Below, piece after piece: positions 36,281 through 49,500 of a DNA stretch of 64,000 bases. Origin of the DNA: Leucoraja erinacea (taxonomy: Eukaryota). The stretch covers positions 76,508,001 through 76,572,000 of the forward strand of contig NC_073378.1 in assembly GCF_028641065.1 (NCBI RefSeq). Reading direction: 5' to 3'. The stretch's first letter is position 1. The number at the start of each line of letters is the position of its first letter. A model generated the notes under the pieces. That model did not search any database. It was not told the DNA's origin and was given only the letters and a program-made list of their open reading frames with translations. The position numbers were made by a program, and so were the translations under genes.

Positions 36281-37615
36281 TTCACTGATTTTCTTGTGCC
36301 CTTGCCTATGTCTCTGTCTCCGATTTCACCAACGGATACGGAGGACCTCCACTCCCAGTAACCTTCCTCCTCAACCATCCTTCTATGCTGTCTTGGGCAA
36401 GCACAAGCCACCAGTCGTCTATGTAAGTGTTAACATTTACATTCAATTAAAAAAATGTTCAATTTAGATGCCTTTACTGTTGATTTTGTTTTTAAACTTT
36501 TTTCTTTATTAAAGATTGATGGACCCACGCTCTAAGATCTTGGCTATCATGGACCTTCTGTGGACCAACGAGCATAACCTGGCCAATCTGCACACTGCCA
36601 GTTGCCGTCTTGCCCGAGGAGATCCAGAGCATCTGCAATATTCCCTCGCTCATTCCAACAAAGCCTCTGGTAAGAGCATCCAAAAGGACTAATTTATTCC
36701 TCACTGACAGTCTTTTAAAAATCACCAGAAAAAAATGTATTCCTCAAGCCTGCCATTTACATTTATTTTGTCTGGATATCCTATTTCTTTATTTGTAGTG
36801 CTTCGTAACAAAAGATGCAAGGTTCGGGCTGGTGGTTGAGATTCAGGCAGGGTGTCGGTATCATACAACTGAACACAACATGGTTTGTGCGAAACAATTG
36901 TACACAAGCTGACATTTTCTTGAAGATCTCAATTAACACATAAATGCAAGTTGCAGGCATCAAAGCTCTTTATTTTTCAGCTGGCCAATCATTAAATGTC
37001 AAGAAACTGTACACGGTGATTTAGAGCCACGGAAATCTGCAGATGCTGGAATCTTGATTAAATAAAACAAAATGTGTTGCTCAATGGGTCAGCCAACATT
37101 GTGGGTTGTGACCCATCTTCAGTCTGTTAGTCTAGCACTAGCAGGGGATATTAGAGGTAAATTTGAACAGAAAACGGCAAATGTTGGAAATTTAAAAAAA
37201 CAAAATGTTGGAAAATTCAGTCCATCAGGAAACATAGCTGAAGAGTTATCTCCAGTGTTATTACTGGAGATGGATGTTTGCTTAGTTGAGGCAGGCTTTT
37301 TACTCGTGCTCTTGTGTTTTTTAATTCGGTGTGTGTTTTTTTTTCTCAAGGTGTTTTTTAGTCGAGGTGAACTTTTTACTGGTGAGGACGTGAATCTGCA
37401 CACAGTCCATGCCGGGAGCGACCGTTTTACCCAAAGACATTGGCGCGTCTATATACTTAACCCACCTGGTCCAACCATAGCTCTTGAAAGAGCCAGCGAA
37501 GGTAAGGTGCAGGAATAAGCTTTTGAGCCCGCTGGCAGGAGATAGTCCTCACCTAAGGCTGACAAACAGGGTGAGTATGATAACACTTAGTGAATCATGT
37601 TTGTGTTGATGGGCG

Positions 37616-38389
37616 TGTTACAAGGGAACAGGTTCAAAGATCTGACTAGTGGAACGGAAAAAAGAGTCACACATCTGTTTAGGTACAAATCAAATTTATT
37701 GGCAAGAGAGAGAACAAAAACAATAATTGTCTTGGTATGCACGGGGTCTGTTTTACAGCAGCACACCTCTCTCTCTTCCTCCGTCTGCGGCACTGATCGT
37801 GACACAGCCCATCGGTGAATCCCTCTCGTACATGAACTAACTTATGGCTTCCTGGCGTCTGCCTTTATACAGGTAAGAAATCAGCTGTTAAAATAACTGC
37901 CGGTAAGGCCCGGTCAATACCACTTCTCCCAAATTCAAACTACAACCAATGGCAGGGGACTGCATTCCAGCAAGCCCCGCCCTCCCCCATTGGGAGCAAA
38001 ATGCTATCAGCTGCGGACTGGCGCGCAAATCAATACGCACGGCGCTAAAGAGTTGGCGAACAAACCCCTAAACACAACGCTACAGATTTGGTGCGCAAAT
38101 CAATACACACAGTGCCACGGACTGGGCGCGCAAATCAAGATACACAGCGCAAACGACGGTGCTCAAATCAATTCACAGTGCTACAGACTTGGTGCGCAAA
38201 GGTAATACGTGGTGCTGCCGGTTTGGTGCGCAAAGGTTTAAACTGCTGTCGGCTTAACGCGCTAAAATTTAAACAAAGCTATCAGCTGCAGTGCTATGGG
38301 TTCTAAATATAACGTGATTGGTCACCGCGCATTGGGCTTTAAACACAGCACTATGGGTAACTGACTGTTCAGGCAAAATTCTCATAACG
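37616..38389 (-). mobile_element. Solo LTR in U4 with intact TATA box
   Basis: Same boundaries as 13222-13930; minus-strand TATAAA at 37864-37869, AATAAA at 37695-37700, CCAAT and GC boxes at ~37946-37993. Confidence 0.8.
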
Positions 38390-39311
38390 GTGTTATGAAT
38401 TCCTGTGCTAATAGGGAATGGATCCAATGTCTCTTCAGTAGCTAAAAGCTGCTTCTTTGCAATGGCTGATGGTAATGTTTTTACTCGTGTGAAATTTAGT
38501 TGAAGCCTGCTTTGTATTGGAGATTTTTGTTTGCTTTGTCGAGGGGGGCTTTCTATGTGTGTTTTATTTTTAAACTCTTATTTCCTCGAGGTGTGTTTTT
38601 TAGTCGAGGCGGACTTTTTACTGGTGAGGACACAAATCTGCGCACCATTCAATCTGCGAGTCACCGTCATACCCAAAGACACTGGCGGGTCTACAAGCTT
38701 ACCCCACCAGGTCCAACTGTAGGTCTTGAAAGAGCCACCAAAGGTAAGGTGCAGGAATAAGCCTTTGAGCACATTGGCAGGAGATAGTGATCACCTGAGG
38801 CCGACTACCAGGGTAGGTATGATAACACTTAAAGAATCGTGTTTGTGTTGATGAGTGTAATGATGAATTCCCGTGCTAATAGGCGATGGATCAAATGTCT
38901 GTTCAGTTGCTAAAAACTGCTTCTTTGCAATAGCTCTGATGATAATTTTGACGGGATGGCAAGTGTCATATAAAACCAGCGAATATCTGATAATGAAGTC
39001 TCTCCTTGCCAGGGATGGGAACCCGGACGAGCAACTCAATACTGGCTAAAAGAAAGTGAAAGAGATGCCAAATGGAAAGAAAAGATCCATCCAGGAAAAA
39101 CCAAGAGAGTTAGAGCAGCAAAACTGATGCAGCTCATGGGAAAAGCCAAGAGATCACAGACCAGAAGTAGCTGGAGATGGAGACAACATGGATGGGAAAG
39201 CAAGTTGGTCACTCTTGTTGCTCATTGGTTACTCTTGTTTTTATTCAACATATGTTTTCTAACTTGATGTGCTTTCTGCTCGTTTTTTTTTACTTGTGTG
39301 CTTTGTAACTA

Positions 39312-40972
39312 CAGGTGCACAACCTTTTATCCGAAGATCCAAATAACGAAAACCTCCGAATAGCGGAAATTTTTTTGGTCTTTGAAGAAAGGTCCTTGAA
39401 AACGTTCACCGAGGGCGGCCCGCAGAGGTGACAGCGGAACCTCCGGTCGGTCCTCGAAGAAAGGGGAACTAAATCCCCATTCATAAAAGAAAAGGTGAGG
39501 GTATATTGCGCGGGAGGGTTAATAATTGACAATATGCTGCTGCCTGTCCGCTGAGTTAAAAAGTTCCCACGGTAGACACGATACACAGAGTATCGTGAGT
39601 CTAGCATGGGAACTTTTTAACTCAGCGGGCAGGCAGCAGCAGATTGTCGCTCCCTTCAGTTTCACCCTACCTACACCCCTCTGCTTCGCGGCCATGTGTG
39701 TGACCCCTTCCCTCCCCTCTCCAGCTCCCCGCTCATTGCACCGGCGCGGGGGCTTTGCACTGTCTTCACGTCGGCGATGCCAGCATACAATGCCAGTCAC
39801 CGGAGACGTCAGGACCAATTGGACATCGACCACCAGGCCCACCGCAAGCACAGAGAACCCAGAGACCCACAGCCAGCAGCAGCCCAGCCCCGCTCCAACT
39901 ACAGAGGAACCTGGGTTGCGGATGACGGGGCGCAACTCGGGGCGTCGTAGGGGCCCATCGAGGAGCGGGTTCCTGTTGGTCCTGACGTCTCCGGCCACCT
40001 ACTATCCTCCGGGAACTGTACCGCCCTTGCAGGAGAGTGGGGTTGTTTGCAGTTGCAGAGGGAGGGGGCAAGGGCGGTACAGTTCCCAGTCTCAGCTCCA
40101 GTCCAGGGGGGTGGCCGGAGACGTCAGGACCAACGGGACACCGACCCCCAGGCCTACTGCAAGCACGGAGATCCCAGAGACCCACAGCCAGCAGCAGCCC
40201 CGCCCCGCTCCAACTCCAGAGGAATACGTAGGGGCAGAAGCTTATGGTGTGCAAGGTACGTCTTGTTCTTGGGGTGGCGGATGAGGGGGCGCAGCTCGGG
40301 CTGTGGGCAAACTGCCACTTGTCGCCGTAGCGGCCCATCGGGGAGAGGATTCCTCTGGAGTTTGCCTCTGGAGGGGGAGGGGGGGTATTGTGCTGTTTGA
40401 TCGCCCCCTGCTATCCCAGGGACAGGGAGACACAGTGGCTTTTTAGACTGGTGGGCAATCACTTCCAAATTTCTGCCCACACAGTCAGTACACCTCTCCT
40501 ACACTGCATTTCATACAAACATTTATTCTGCAAGAAAAAACTACATTGAAGACTCAAACTCGCGACCGAGTAACTGCCAGGATCGAGGCGCAAATTCGCG
40601 ACCTAACTCGGGGATTCAAGAATCCCCGAGCAAGGCCGCCTAAGGGCATGGAGCCCCGCTAGGGTGACATGAGTGCGAGAGGTGATTCAATGCTGCGGGC
40701 ACATTTACAAATTCAGGAATTCATTCAACACACTGCATTTCATACAGACATTTATTCTGCAAGAAAAACGACATTGAAGACTCAAACTCGCGACCGAGTA
40801 ACTGCCGGGATCAAGGCTCAAACTCGCGACCTTGCGGATATGAGCCGAGCACTCTACCACTGAGCCAGCCATGAAAATCTACGCAAACAAATTTCCATTC
40901 CGAAGGCCGACAAATTCTGAATTACGAAAAGTGTCTGGTCCCAAGGCTTTCGGATAAAAGGTTGTGCACCTG
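39312..40972. mobile_element. Tigger4-like MITE, U4 copy
   Basis: Perfect TIRs and TA TSDs. Confidence 0.88.
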
Positions 40973-42506
40973 TACTTTTTAACTCGAAGCTTGTTTTTCA
41001 GTTAGGGCAGGAATTGTACTCGTTCTTGTGTCTCGAGGTGTGTTTTTTTTTACTCGCGGTGGCTTTTTTTAGTCGAGATGGGTATTTTAGTCGGGTGTGC
41101 ATTTCCAAGGTTTCTATTTACCTGACGCGTTTTTAAGGTGTGTTTTTAATCGAGCTATGTGTTTTACTCTTTTTATCGAGGTGTTTTTGTAACTATTTAG
41201 TCGGGGGGGGGGGGGGGGGGGTGGAAGTGGTTACTGGAGCAGGTTGTTTACATGATGTGTTGTCCACTCGTGCTGTACTTGTGGGGTCGGGCTTTGCCGT
41301 CAGTTGAAACTTTCTGCACTTTGGTTTTCCGCTCGAAACTCCTGCCACGTTCATTGGACAAATCCCGAGGTTACTGCATTGGTTAATCTTGATTTTACTC
41401 GGTATGGTTTTTTTTTAACTGGATGTGCCGTTTACTCAAGTTATGGTTTTTACATTTGACGAAGTTTTACTTGAGGTATGTTTTTTACTGGGATTTTTAC
41501 TTGAGGTATGATTTTTATAGGATTTTAATTTTTTTTTTTCCCTCAGTGTTTTTTAGTTTGCGGGTTTTTTACATGATTCTTTTTATACTCGTGTGAATTT
41601 TAGTTTAATCTAGCTTTTTATTGTAGATGTGTGTTTGCTTAGTCCAGGCTGACATTTTATTTGTGTTTTTTTTACTGTTTTTTTCTCTAGGTGTGTTTTT
41701 TAGTCGAGGCGGACTTTTTACTGGTGAGGACACAAATCTATTGCTCCTTCCACTCCCACAAACAGATGTTCCGGTTGTACTAACACTTCCTGTAGGTCAG
41801 TGCAATGGTGGGGTGGGCAGTATTTGTGATGGATAGTTCAGTGCATTAGTGAAGGCAACAAATGACTCCTTTGTCTTACAAAGGCAGAGAGTGAAATAAT
41901 TGTTCTAATACCACTCAATTGTATTGTAGGTCATACCGTGGATCTAAATGGAAAACCCGCACTGTGGAATCCCACGAGGTGCTCCTTAGGGAGGTCATCC
42001 GAGATCTATCTTAAGGACCAGATCAGTGCTACCAGAGCTCAGCTGTCATAGACTCACTGAAGATCAGTGAGCTTAACTTGGACGTGATCCTGCATGTCCA
42101 GGGAGAGAATTGTCCCCTGTCCAAGAAGATGAAGTGCATCTACAACCTTCCTTCATGCAGTACAACTAAAGGTCTGGTTAGAGCTATTTTATTCCCTAAG
42201 TCTGCTGTTTGCCTTTATTATGTCTAGATGTCCTATTTCTCTATTTGTAATGCTTAATTAAGAAACATGCAAGTATAGTTCAGATGAAGAATTAATGTTC
42301 AGACTTGGTAGCACATGTCATAATTTATTAGTAATGTCATTGTGACAACGTAAAGTGCAGGAACAGAAATATTCAAGTTTATCGTCTGTTGAACACTACA
42401 TCCTTCCTCCAACTTATGGATCCAGGTGTGATTGCCATGTTTAATTTTTATTATCTCAACAAAACATTTGATGCTGTAATGAAGGCCACTGGTGATTGTA
42501 AAATGA

Positions 42507-42957
42507 ATGTGTCCCTTTTGTAACTGTGTGCGTTTTGAAACTGTGTGCCTTTTGAAACTGTGTGCCTTTTGTAACTGTGTGCCTTTTGTAACTGTGTGTC
42601 TTTTGTAACTGTGTGCCTTTTGTAACTGTGTGCCTTTTGTAACTGTGTGCCTTTTGTAACTGTGTGCCTTTTGTAACTGTGTGCCTTTTGTAACTGTGCC
42701 TTTTGTAACTGTGTGCCTTTTGTAACTGTGTGCCTTTTGTAACTGTGTGCCTTTTGTAACTGCCTTTTGCAACTGTGCCTTTTGCAACTGCCTTTTGCAA
42801 CCCTTTTGCAACTGTGCCCCTTTTGCAACTGTGCCCCCTTTTGCAACTGTGCCCCCTTTTGCAACTGTGCCCCCTTTTGCAACTGTGCCCCTTTGCAACT
42901 GTGCAACTGTGCCCCCTTTTGCAACTGTGCCCCCTTTTGCAACTGTGCAACTGCCAG
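42507..42957. repeat. 17-18 bp YAACNG minisatellite, U4 copy (~0.45 kb)
   Basis: Tandem units as in the other copies. Confidence 0.97.
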
Positions 42958-43066
42958 GCCTGAGTAACTGAACTGCTAGCCCAAAAATTGGGCCCACAAT
43001 GCCAATACTAGTCCTTTGGAAAACCGTCCCTTTGGCCCACAACACCCATGCTAGCACTCCAGAACA

Positions 43067-43109
<43 letters not shown>

Positions 43110-43509
43110 CAACTGTGCCCTCTTTTGCAAACTGGGAGATAATTGTCCCCTGTCCGAGAATATGAAGTACATCTGCAACCTTCCTTCGTCCAGTACAACT
43201 AAAGGTCTGGTAAGAGCTGCTGAATATTTTACTTCCTAAGTCTGCTGTTTGCATTTATTATGTCTGGATGTCCTATTTCTCGATTTGTAATGCTTAATTA
43301 AGAAACATGCAAGTATAATTCGGATGAAGAATTGATGTTCAGACTTTGTAGCATGTGTTACAATTTATTAGTAATGCCAATGTGCCAAAGTAAATTGCAG
43401 GAACAGAAATTTTACTGAACACTACATCCCCCCTCCAACTTATGGATCTCGGTGTGATTAGCATGTTTAATTTTTATTGTCTCAACAAAACATTTGATGC
43501 TGTAATGAA

Positions 43510-46500
43510 GGTTGATGGGAAGATGTTCTTGAACCTGGAAAGAAGAGAAGATAAAGAAGAGGAGCATGTTGCAATGGTAGGTACAATAAATGCTGAAAGT
43601 GACACCTGAAAGCCAAGGGATCTCTGGTATTGAAGCTTATCCTTGTCAGAGGACAAACACCACATCCAAGTTAACAGTAGACATAAGGAGGAAGAAATGA
43701 CCGAGCAGAAAACATACATGGGAGGAGCAGCAGCATCAGAACCCTACCACAGATTGTCTCTGGGAAAACCAAGGCATCACAACTCACCAGAAGTCGCTGG
43801 AGCTAACGACGATTGAGAACCAAGCTGGACCCCTTTTTGCATTGTCATTGGATTCATCAGAAGGGCAAAGCAAGAAAAAAGACGTCAAATAGTCTGACCA
43901 GCTCAGAGAAAAGAAAATACCAGTAAGATGAGGAGGAAAAGACCCATCAAGGACCAAACAGGAGAGCATGAGCATCATAACTGTAGTTGCTTGTTGGTGG
44001 GAAACACAAGCGAAGATGTTGAGGAGATCAAAGTGTGTCCTCGAAGAAAGGATTTGGCAGCTGAAGACGGGCCCACGGTGGGTGCCGGAGGTTGGACTTG
44101 CCCCGTGGTGGGTACCCTGAAAGAAGATGTAGAAGAGGAGCGAGTGGCAAAGAGTTTTGACAAATTACCCAATTTCGTCACCCAAGTGAGACGGACAAAG
44201 AGAGTGAGCTGGGCCCTCAGGGAGCGAGGAAGACACGCAGAGCTGTCCAAGCGAGGACTCGACAGCTGAAGACGGGCCCTCGGTGGGTTCCGGAGGTCAA
44301 AGAGAAGACGAAGAGAAACAAGTGCCAATGGTAGTTACGTCACATTCAGAAAGCGACACATGAAATCCAAGGGATCTCTGATAATGAAGCCTATCTTTGC
44401 ACAGGACAGAACCCACACCCAAGCCAGAGGAAAGATGTCAAATACCCTGACCAGCTCGGGGAGGACTCTGCTAGCAAGGCAGAATCTCCAGGAATTATGC
44501 ATCTTTTTGACTGAAGATGGACCCATCACCAATATAACACTGAACAAAAGAAAATACCAGTGTTGACGAGGAGGAAAAGACCCATCCAGGACCAAACAGG
44601 AGAGTATGAGCTTCATGACAGAAGCTGCTTGTTGGTGGAGAAACACAAGCAAAGATGTTAAATAGATCAAGGTGTGCCCTCCATAAGAGGATTTTGCAGC
44701 TGAAGACGGGCACGCGGTGGGTGCCGTTGGCGTTGCCCCGCGGTGGGTACCGGAAAGAAGATGAAGAAGAGAAGCAAGTGGCAAAGATAGTTATGACAAA
44801 TTACCCAATTTCGTCACCCAAGCGACACTGATAAAGAGAGTGAGCTGGGCCTCGGGGCGAGGAGGATGGATGGGACCGTCCCATCGAAGACTCGACAGCT
44901 GAGGACGGGCCCTCCGTGGGTTCCGGAGGTCAAAGAAAAGACGAAGAGGAGCAGGTGCCAATGGTAGTTACGTCAAATGCAGAAAGCAACACCTAAAATC
45001 CAAGGGATCTCTGGTAATGAAGCCTATCTTTGTCACAGGACAGAACCCACAAACAAGTCAACACTGGACGAAATGAGGAACATACATGGGAGGAACAGGA
45101 GCATCAGAACCCTACTACAGATTGTCGCTGGGAAAACCAAGGCATCGCAACTCACCAGAAATAGCTGGAGCTAACGACGATTGAGAACCCAGCTTTTTGC
45201 ATTGTCATTGGATTCACCAGAAGGGCAAAGCCAGAAGAACGATGTCAAATACCCTGACCAGCTCGGGGAGGACTCTGCTAGCAAGGCAGAATCTCCAGGA
45301 ATTATGCATCTATTTGACTGAAGATGGACCCATCACCAATTTAACACTGAACACAAGAAAATACCAGTGACGACAAGGAGGAAAAGACCCATCCAGGACC
45401 AAACAGGAGAGCATGAGCATCACAACTGAAGCTGCTTGTTGGTGGGAAACACAAGCAAAGATGTTGAAGAGATCAAAGTGTGTCCTCGAAGAAAGGATTT
45501 GGCAGGTGAAGATGGGGCACACGGTGGGTGCCGGAGGTTGGACTTGCCCCGTGGTGGGTACCCTGAAAGAAGATGTAGAAGAGGAGCAAGTGGCAAAGAG
45601 TTTTGACAAATTACCCAATTTCGTCACCCAAGTCAGACGGACAAAGAGAGTGAGCTGCGCCCTCAGGGAGCGAGGAAGACGGGCAGAGCTGTCCAAGCGA
45701 AGACTCGACAGTTGAAGACAGGCCCTCGGTGGGTTGCGGAGGTCACAGAGAAGACGAAGAGGAGCAAGTGCCAATGGTAGTTACGTCACATTCAGAAAGC
45801 AACACATGATCTCAGATAATGAAGCCTATCTTTGTCACAGGACAGAACCCACACCCAAGCCAGAGGAAAGATGTCAAATACCCTGTCCAGCTCAGGGAGG
45901 ACTCTGCTAGCAAGGCAGAATCTCCAGGAATTAGGCATCTATTTGACTGAAGATGGACCCATCACCAATATAACACTGAACACAAGAAAATACCAGTGAT
46001 GCCGAGGAGGAAAAGACCCATCCAGGACCAAACAGGAGAGTATGAGCATCATAACTGAAGCTGCTTGTTGGTGGGAAACACAAGCACAGATGTTAAAGAG
46101 ATCAAGGTGTGACCTCCATGAGAAGATTTGGCAGCTGAAGACGGGCACGCGGTGGGTACCGGAAAGAAGATGAAGAAGAGGAGCAAATGGCAAAGATTCT
46201 TATGACAAATTACCCAATTTCGTCACCCAAGCGACACGGATAAAGAGAGTGAGCTGGGTCTCGGGGGGCGAGGAAGACGGATGGAGCCGTCCCATCGAGG
46301 ACTCGACAGCTGAAGACGGGCCCTCCGTGGGTTCCGGAGGTCAAAGAAAAGACGAAGAGGAGCAGGTGCCAATGGTAGTTACGTCAAATGCAGAAAGCAA
46401 CACCTTAAATCCAAGGGATCTCTGGTAATGAAGCTTATCTTTGTCACAGGACAGAACACACACCCAAGTCAACACTGGACAAAATGAGGAACATACATGG

Positions 46501-49500
46501 GAGGAACAGGAGCATCAGAACCCTACTACAGATTGTCTCTGGGAAAACCAAGGCATCGCAACTCACCAGAAGTAGCTGGAGCTAACGACGATTGAGAACC
46601 CAGCTTTTTGCATTGTGATTGGATTCACCAGAAGGGCAAAGCCAGAAGAAAGATGTCAAATAGCCTGACCAGCTCGGGGAGGACTCTGCTAGCAAGGCAG
46701 AATCTCCAGGAATTATGCATCTATTTGACTGAAGATGGACCCATCACCAATTTAACACTGAACACATGAAAATACCAGTGACGACATGGAGGAAAAGACC
46801 CATCCAGGACCAAACAGGAGAGCATGAGCATCATAACTGAAGCTGCTTGTTGGTGGGAAACACAAGCGGAGATGTTAAAGAGATCAAAGTGTGCCCTCCA
46901 AGAAAGGATTTGGCAGCTGAAGACGGGCCCACGGTGGGTGCCGGATGTTGGACTTGCCCCGTGGTGGGTACCCTGAAAGAAGATGTAGAAGAGGAGCAAG
47001 TGGCAAAGAGTTTTGAAAAATTACCCAATTTCATCACCCAAGTGAGACGGATAAAGAGAGTGAGCTGGGCCCTCAGGGAGCGAGGAAGACAGACAGAGCT
47101 GTCCAAGCGAGGACTCGACAGCTGAAGACGGGCCCTCGGTGGGTTCCGGAGGTCACAGAGAAGTCGAAGAGGAGCAAGTGCCAATGGTAGTTACGTCACA
47201 TTCAGAAAGCAACACATGAAATCCATGGGATCTCTGATAATGAAGCCTATCTTTGCACAGGACAGAACCGACACCCAAGTCAACACTGGACAAAATGAGG
47301 AACATACCTTGGAGGAAAAGGAGCATCAGAACTCTACTACAGATTGGCGCTGGGAAAACCAAGGCATCGCAACTTACCAGAAGTAGCTGGAGCTAACGAT
47401 GATTGAGAACCAAGGTATTTGCATTGTCATTGGATTCACCAGAAGGGCAAAGCCAGAGGAAAGATGTCAAATACCCTGACCAGCTCGGGGAGGACTCTGC
47501 TAGCAAGGCAGAATCTCCAGGAATGATGCATCTTTTTGACTGAAGATGGACCCATCACCTATATCACACTGAACAAAAGAAAATACCAGTGATGACGAGG
47601 AGGAAAAGACCCATCCAGGACCAAACAGGAGAGCATGAGCATCATAACTGAAGCTGCTTGTTGGTGGGAAACACAAGCACAGATGTTAAAGAGATCAAAG
47701 TGTGCCCTCCAAGAAACCATTTGGCAGCTGAAGACGGGCACGCGGTGGGTGCCGTTGGTGTTGCCCCGCGGTGGATACCCTGAAAGAAGATGTAGAAGAG
47801 GAGCAAGTGGCAAAGATACTTATGACAAATTACCCAATTTCGTCACCCAAGCGACACGGATAAAGAGAGTGAGCTGGGCATCAGGGAGCGAGGAAGACGG
47901 GCAGAGCCGTCCTATCGAAGACTCGGCAGCTGAAGACGGGCCCTCCGTGGGTTCCGGAGGTCAAAGAGAAGACGAAGAGGAGCAGGTGCCAATGGTAGTT
48001 ACGTCAAATGCAGAAAGTAACACCTGAAATCCAAGGGATCTCTGGTAATGAAGCTTATCTTTGTCACAGGACAGAACACACACCCAAGTCAACACTGGAC
48101 AAAATGAGGAACATACATGGGAGGAACAGGAGCATCAGAACCCTACTACAGATTGTCTCTGGGAAATCCAAGGCATCGCAACTCACCAGAAATAGCTGGA
48201 GCTAACGACGTTTGAGAACCCAGCTTTTTGCATTGTCAATGAATTCACCAGAAGGGCAAAGCCAGAAGAAAGATGTCAAATACTCTGACCAGCTCGGGGA
48301 GGACTCTGCTAGCACGGCAGAATCTCCAGGAATGATGCATCTTTTTGACTGAAGATGGACCCATCACCAATTTAACACTGAACAAAAGAAAACACCAGTG
48401 ATGACGAGGAGGAAAAGATCCATATAGGACCAAACAGGAGAGCATGAGCATCATAACTGAAGCTGCTTGTTGGTGGGAAACAAGCGAAGATGTTAAAGAG
48501 ATCAAGGTGTGCCCTCCAAGAGAGGATTTGGCAGCTGAAGACGGGCCCTCGGTGGGTTCCGGAGGTCAAAGAGAAGACTCAGATTCATATTCAATCTTTA
48601 TTGTCATTGTGAAGTGTATAGTACAGAGACAACGAAATGCAGTTAGCATCTCACCCAGAAGAGCGAACATAGAATAATGAGCAGTCAAATTTATATATAT
48701 ATATGTACAAACAGTAGCAGTAGTAGTGCAAATTTTCTGGGGGAAGGAGTGTCTGGGGTGGGGGGGGGGGGGGGGGGTGCCAATGGCAATCACCAAGATG
48801 CAGAGGTAAGTTGTTAACAGTCGCAGGGAAGAAGCTGTTCCTGAACCTGCTGGACCGGCAACGGAGAGACCTGTAGCGCCTACCGGATGGTAGGAGGGTA
48901 AACAGTCCATGGTTGGGGTGAGAGCAGTCCTTGGCGATGCTGAGCGCCCTCCGCAGACAGCGCTTGCTTTGGACAGGCTCAATGGAGGGGAGCGAGGAAC
49001 CGGTGATGCGTTGGGCAATTTTCACCACCCTCTACAATGCCTTCCAGTCGGAGACAGAGCAGTTGCCATACCATACTGTGATGCAGTTGGTAAGGATGCT
49101 CTCGATGGTGCAGCGGCAGAAGTTCACCAGGATCTGAGGAGACAGATGGACCTTCTTCAGTCTCCTCAGGAAGAAGAGACGCTGATGAGCATTCTTGATC
49201 AGAGTAGAGGTATTGTGGGTCCAAGAGAGGTCATCGGAGATGTTGACTCCCAGGAACCTGAAGCGAGAAACACGTTCCACCTCCGTCCCGTTAATGTGGA
49301 TGGGGGTGTGCGTGCCACCTCTGGACTTCCTGAAGTCTACAATGAGCTCCTTGGAGGAGCAAGTGACAATGGTAGTTAAGTCAAATGCAGAAAGCAACAC
49401 ATGAAATCCAAGGGATCTCAGGTAAAGAAGCGTATCTTTGTCACAGGACAGACCCCACACCTAAGTCAACACTGGACAAAATGAGGAACATACATGGGAG

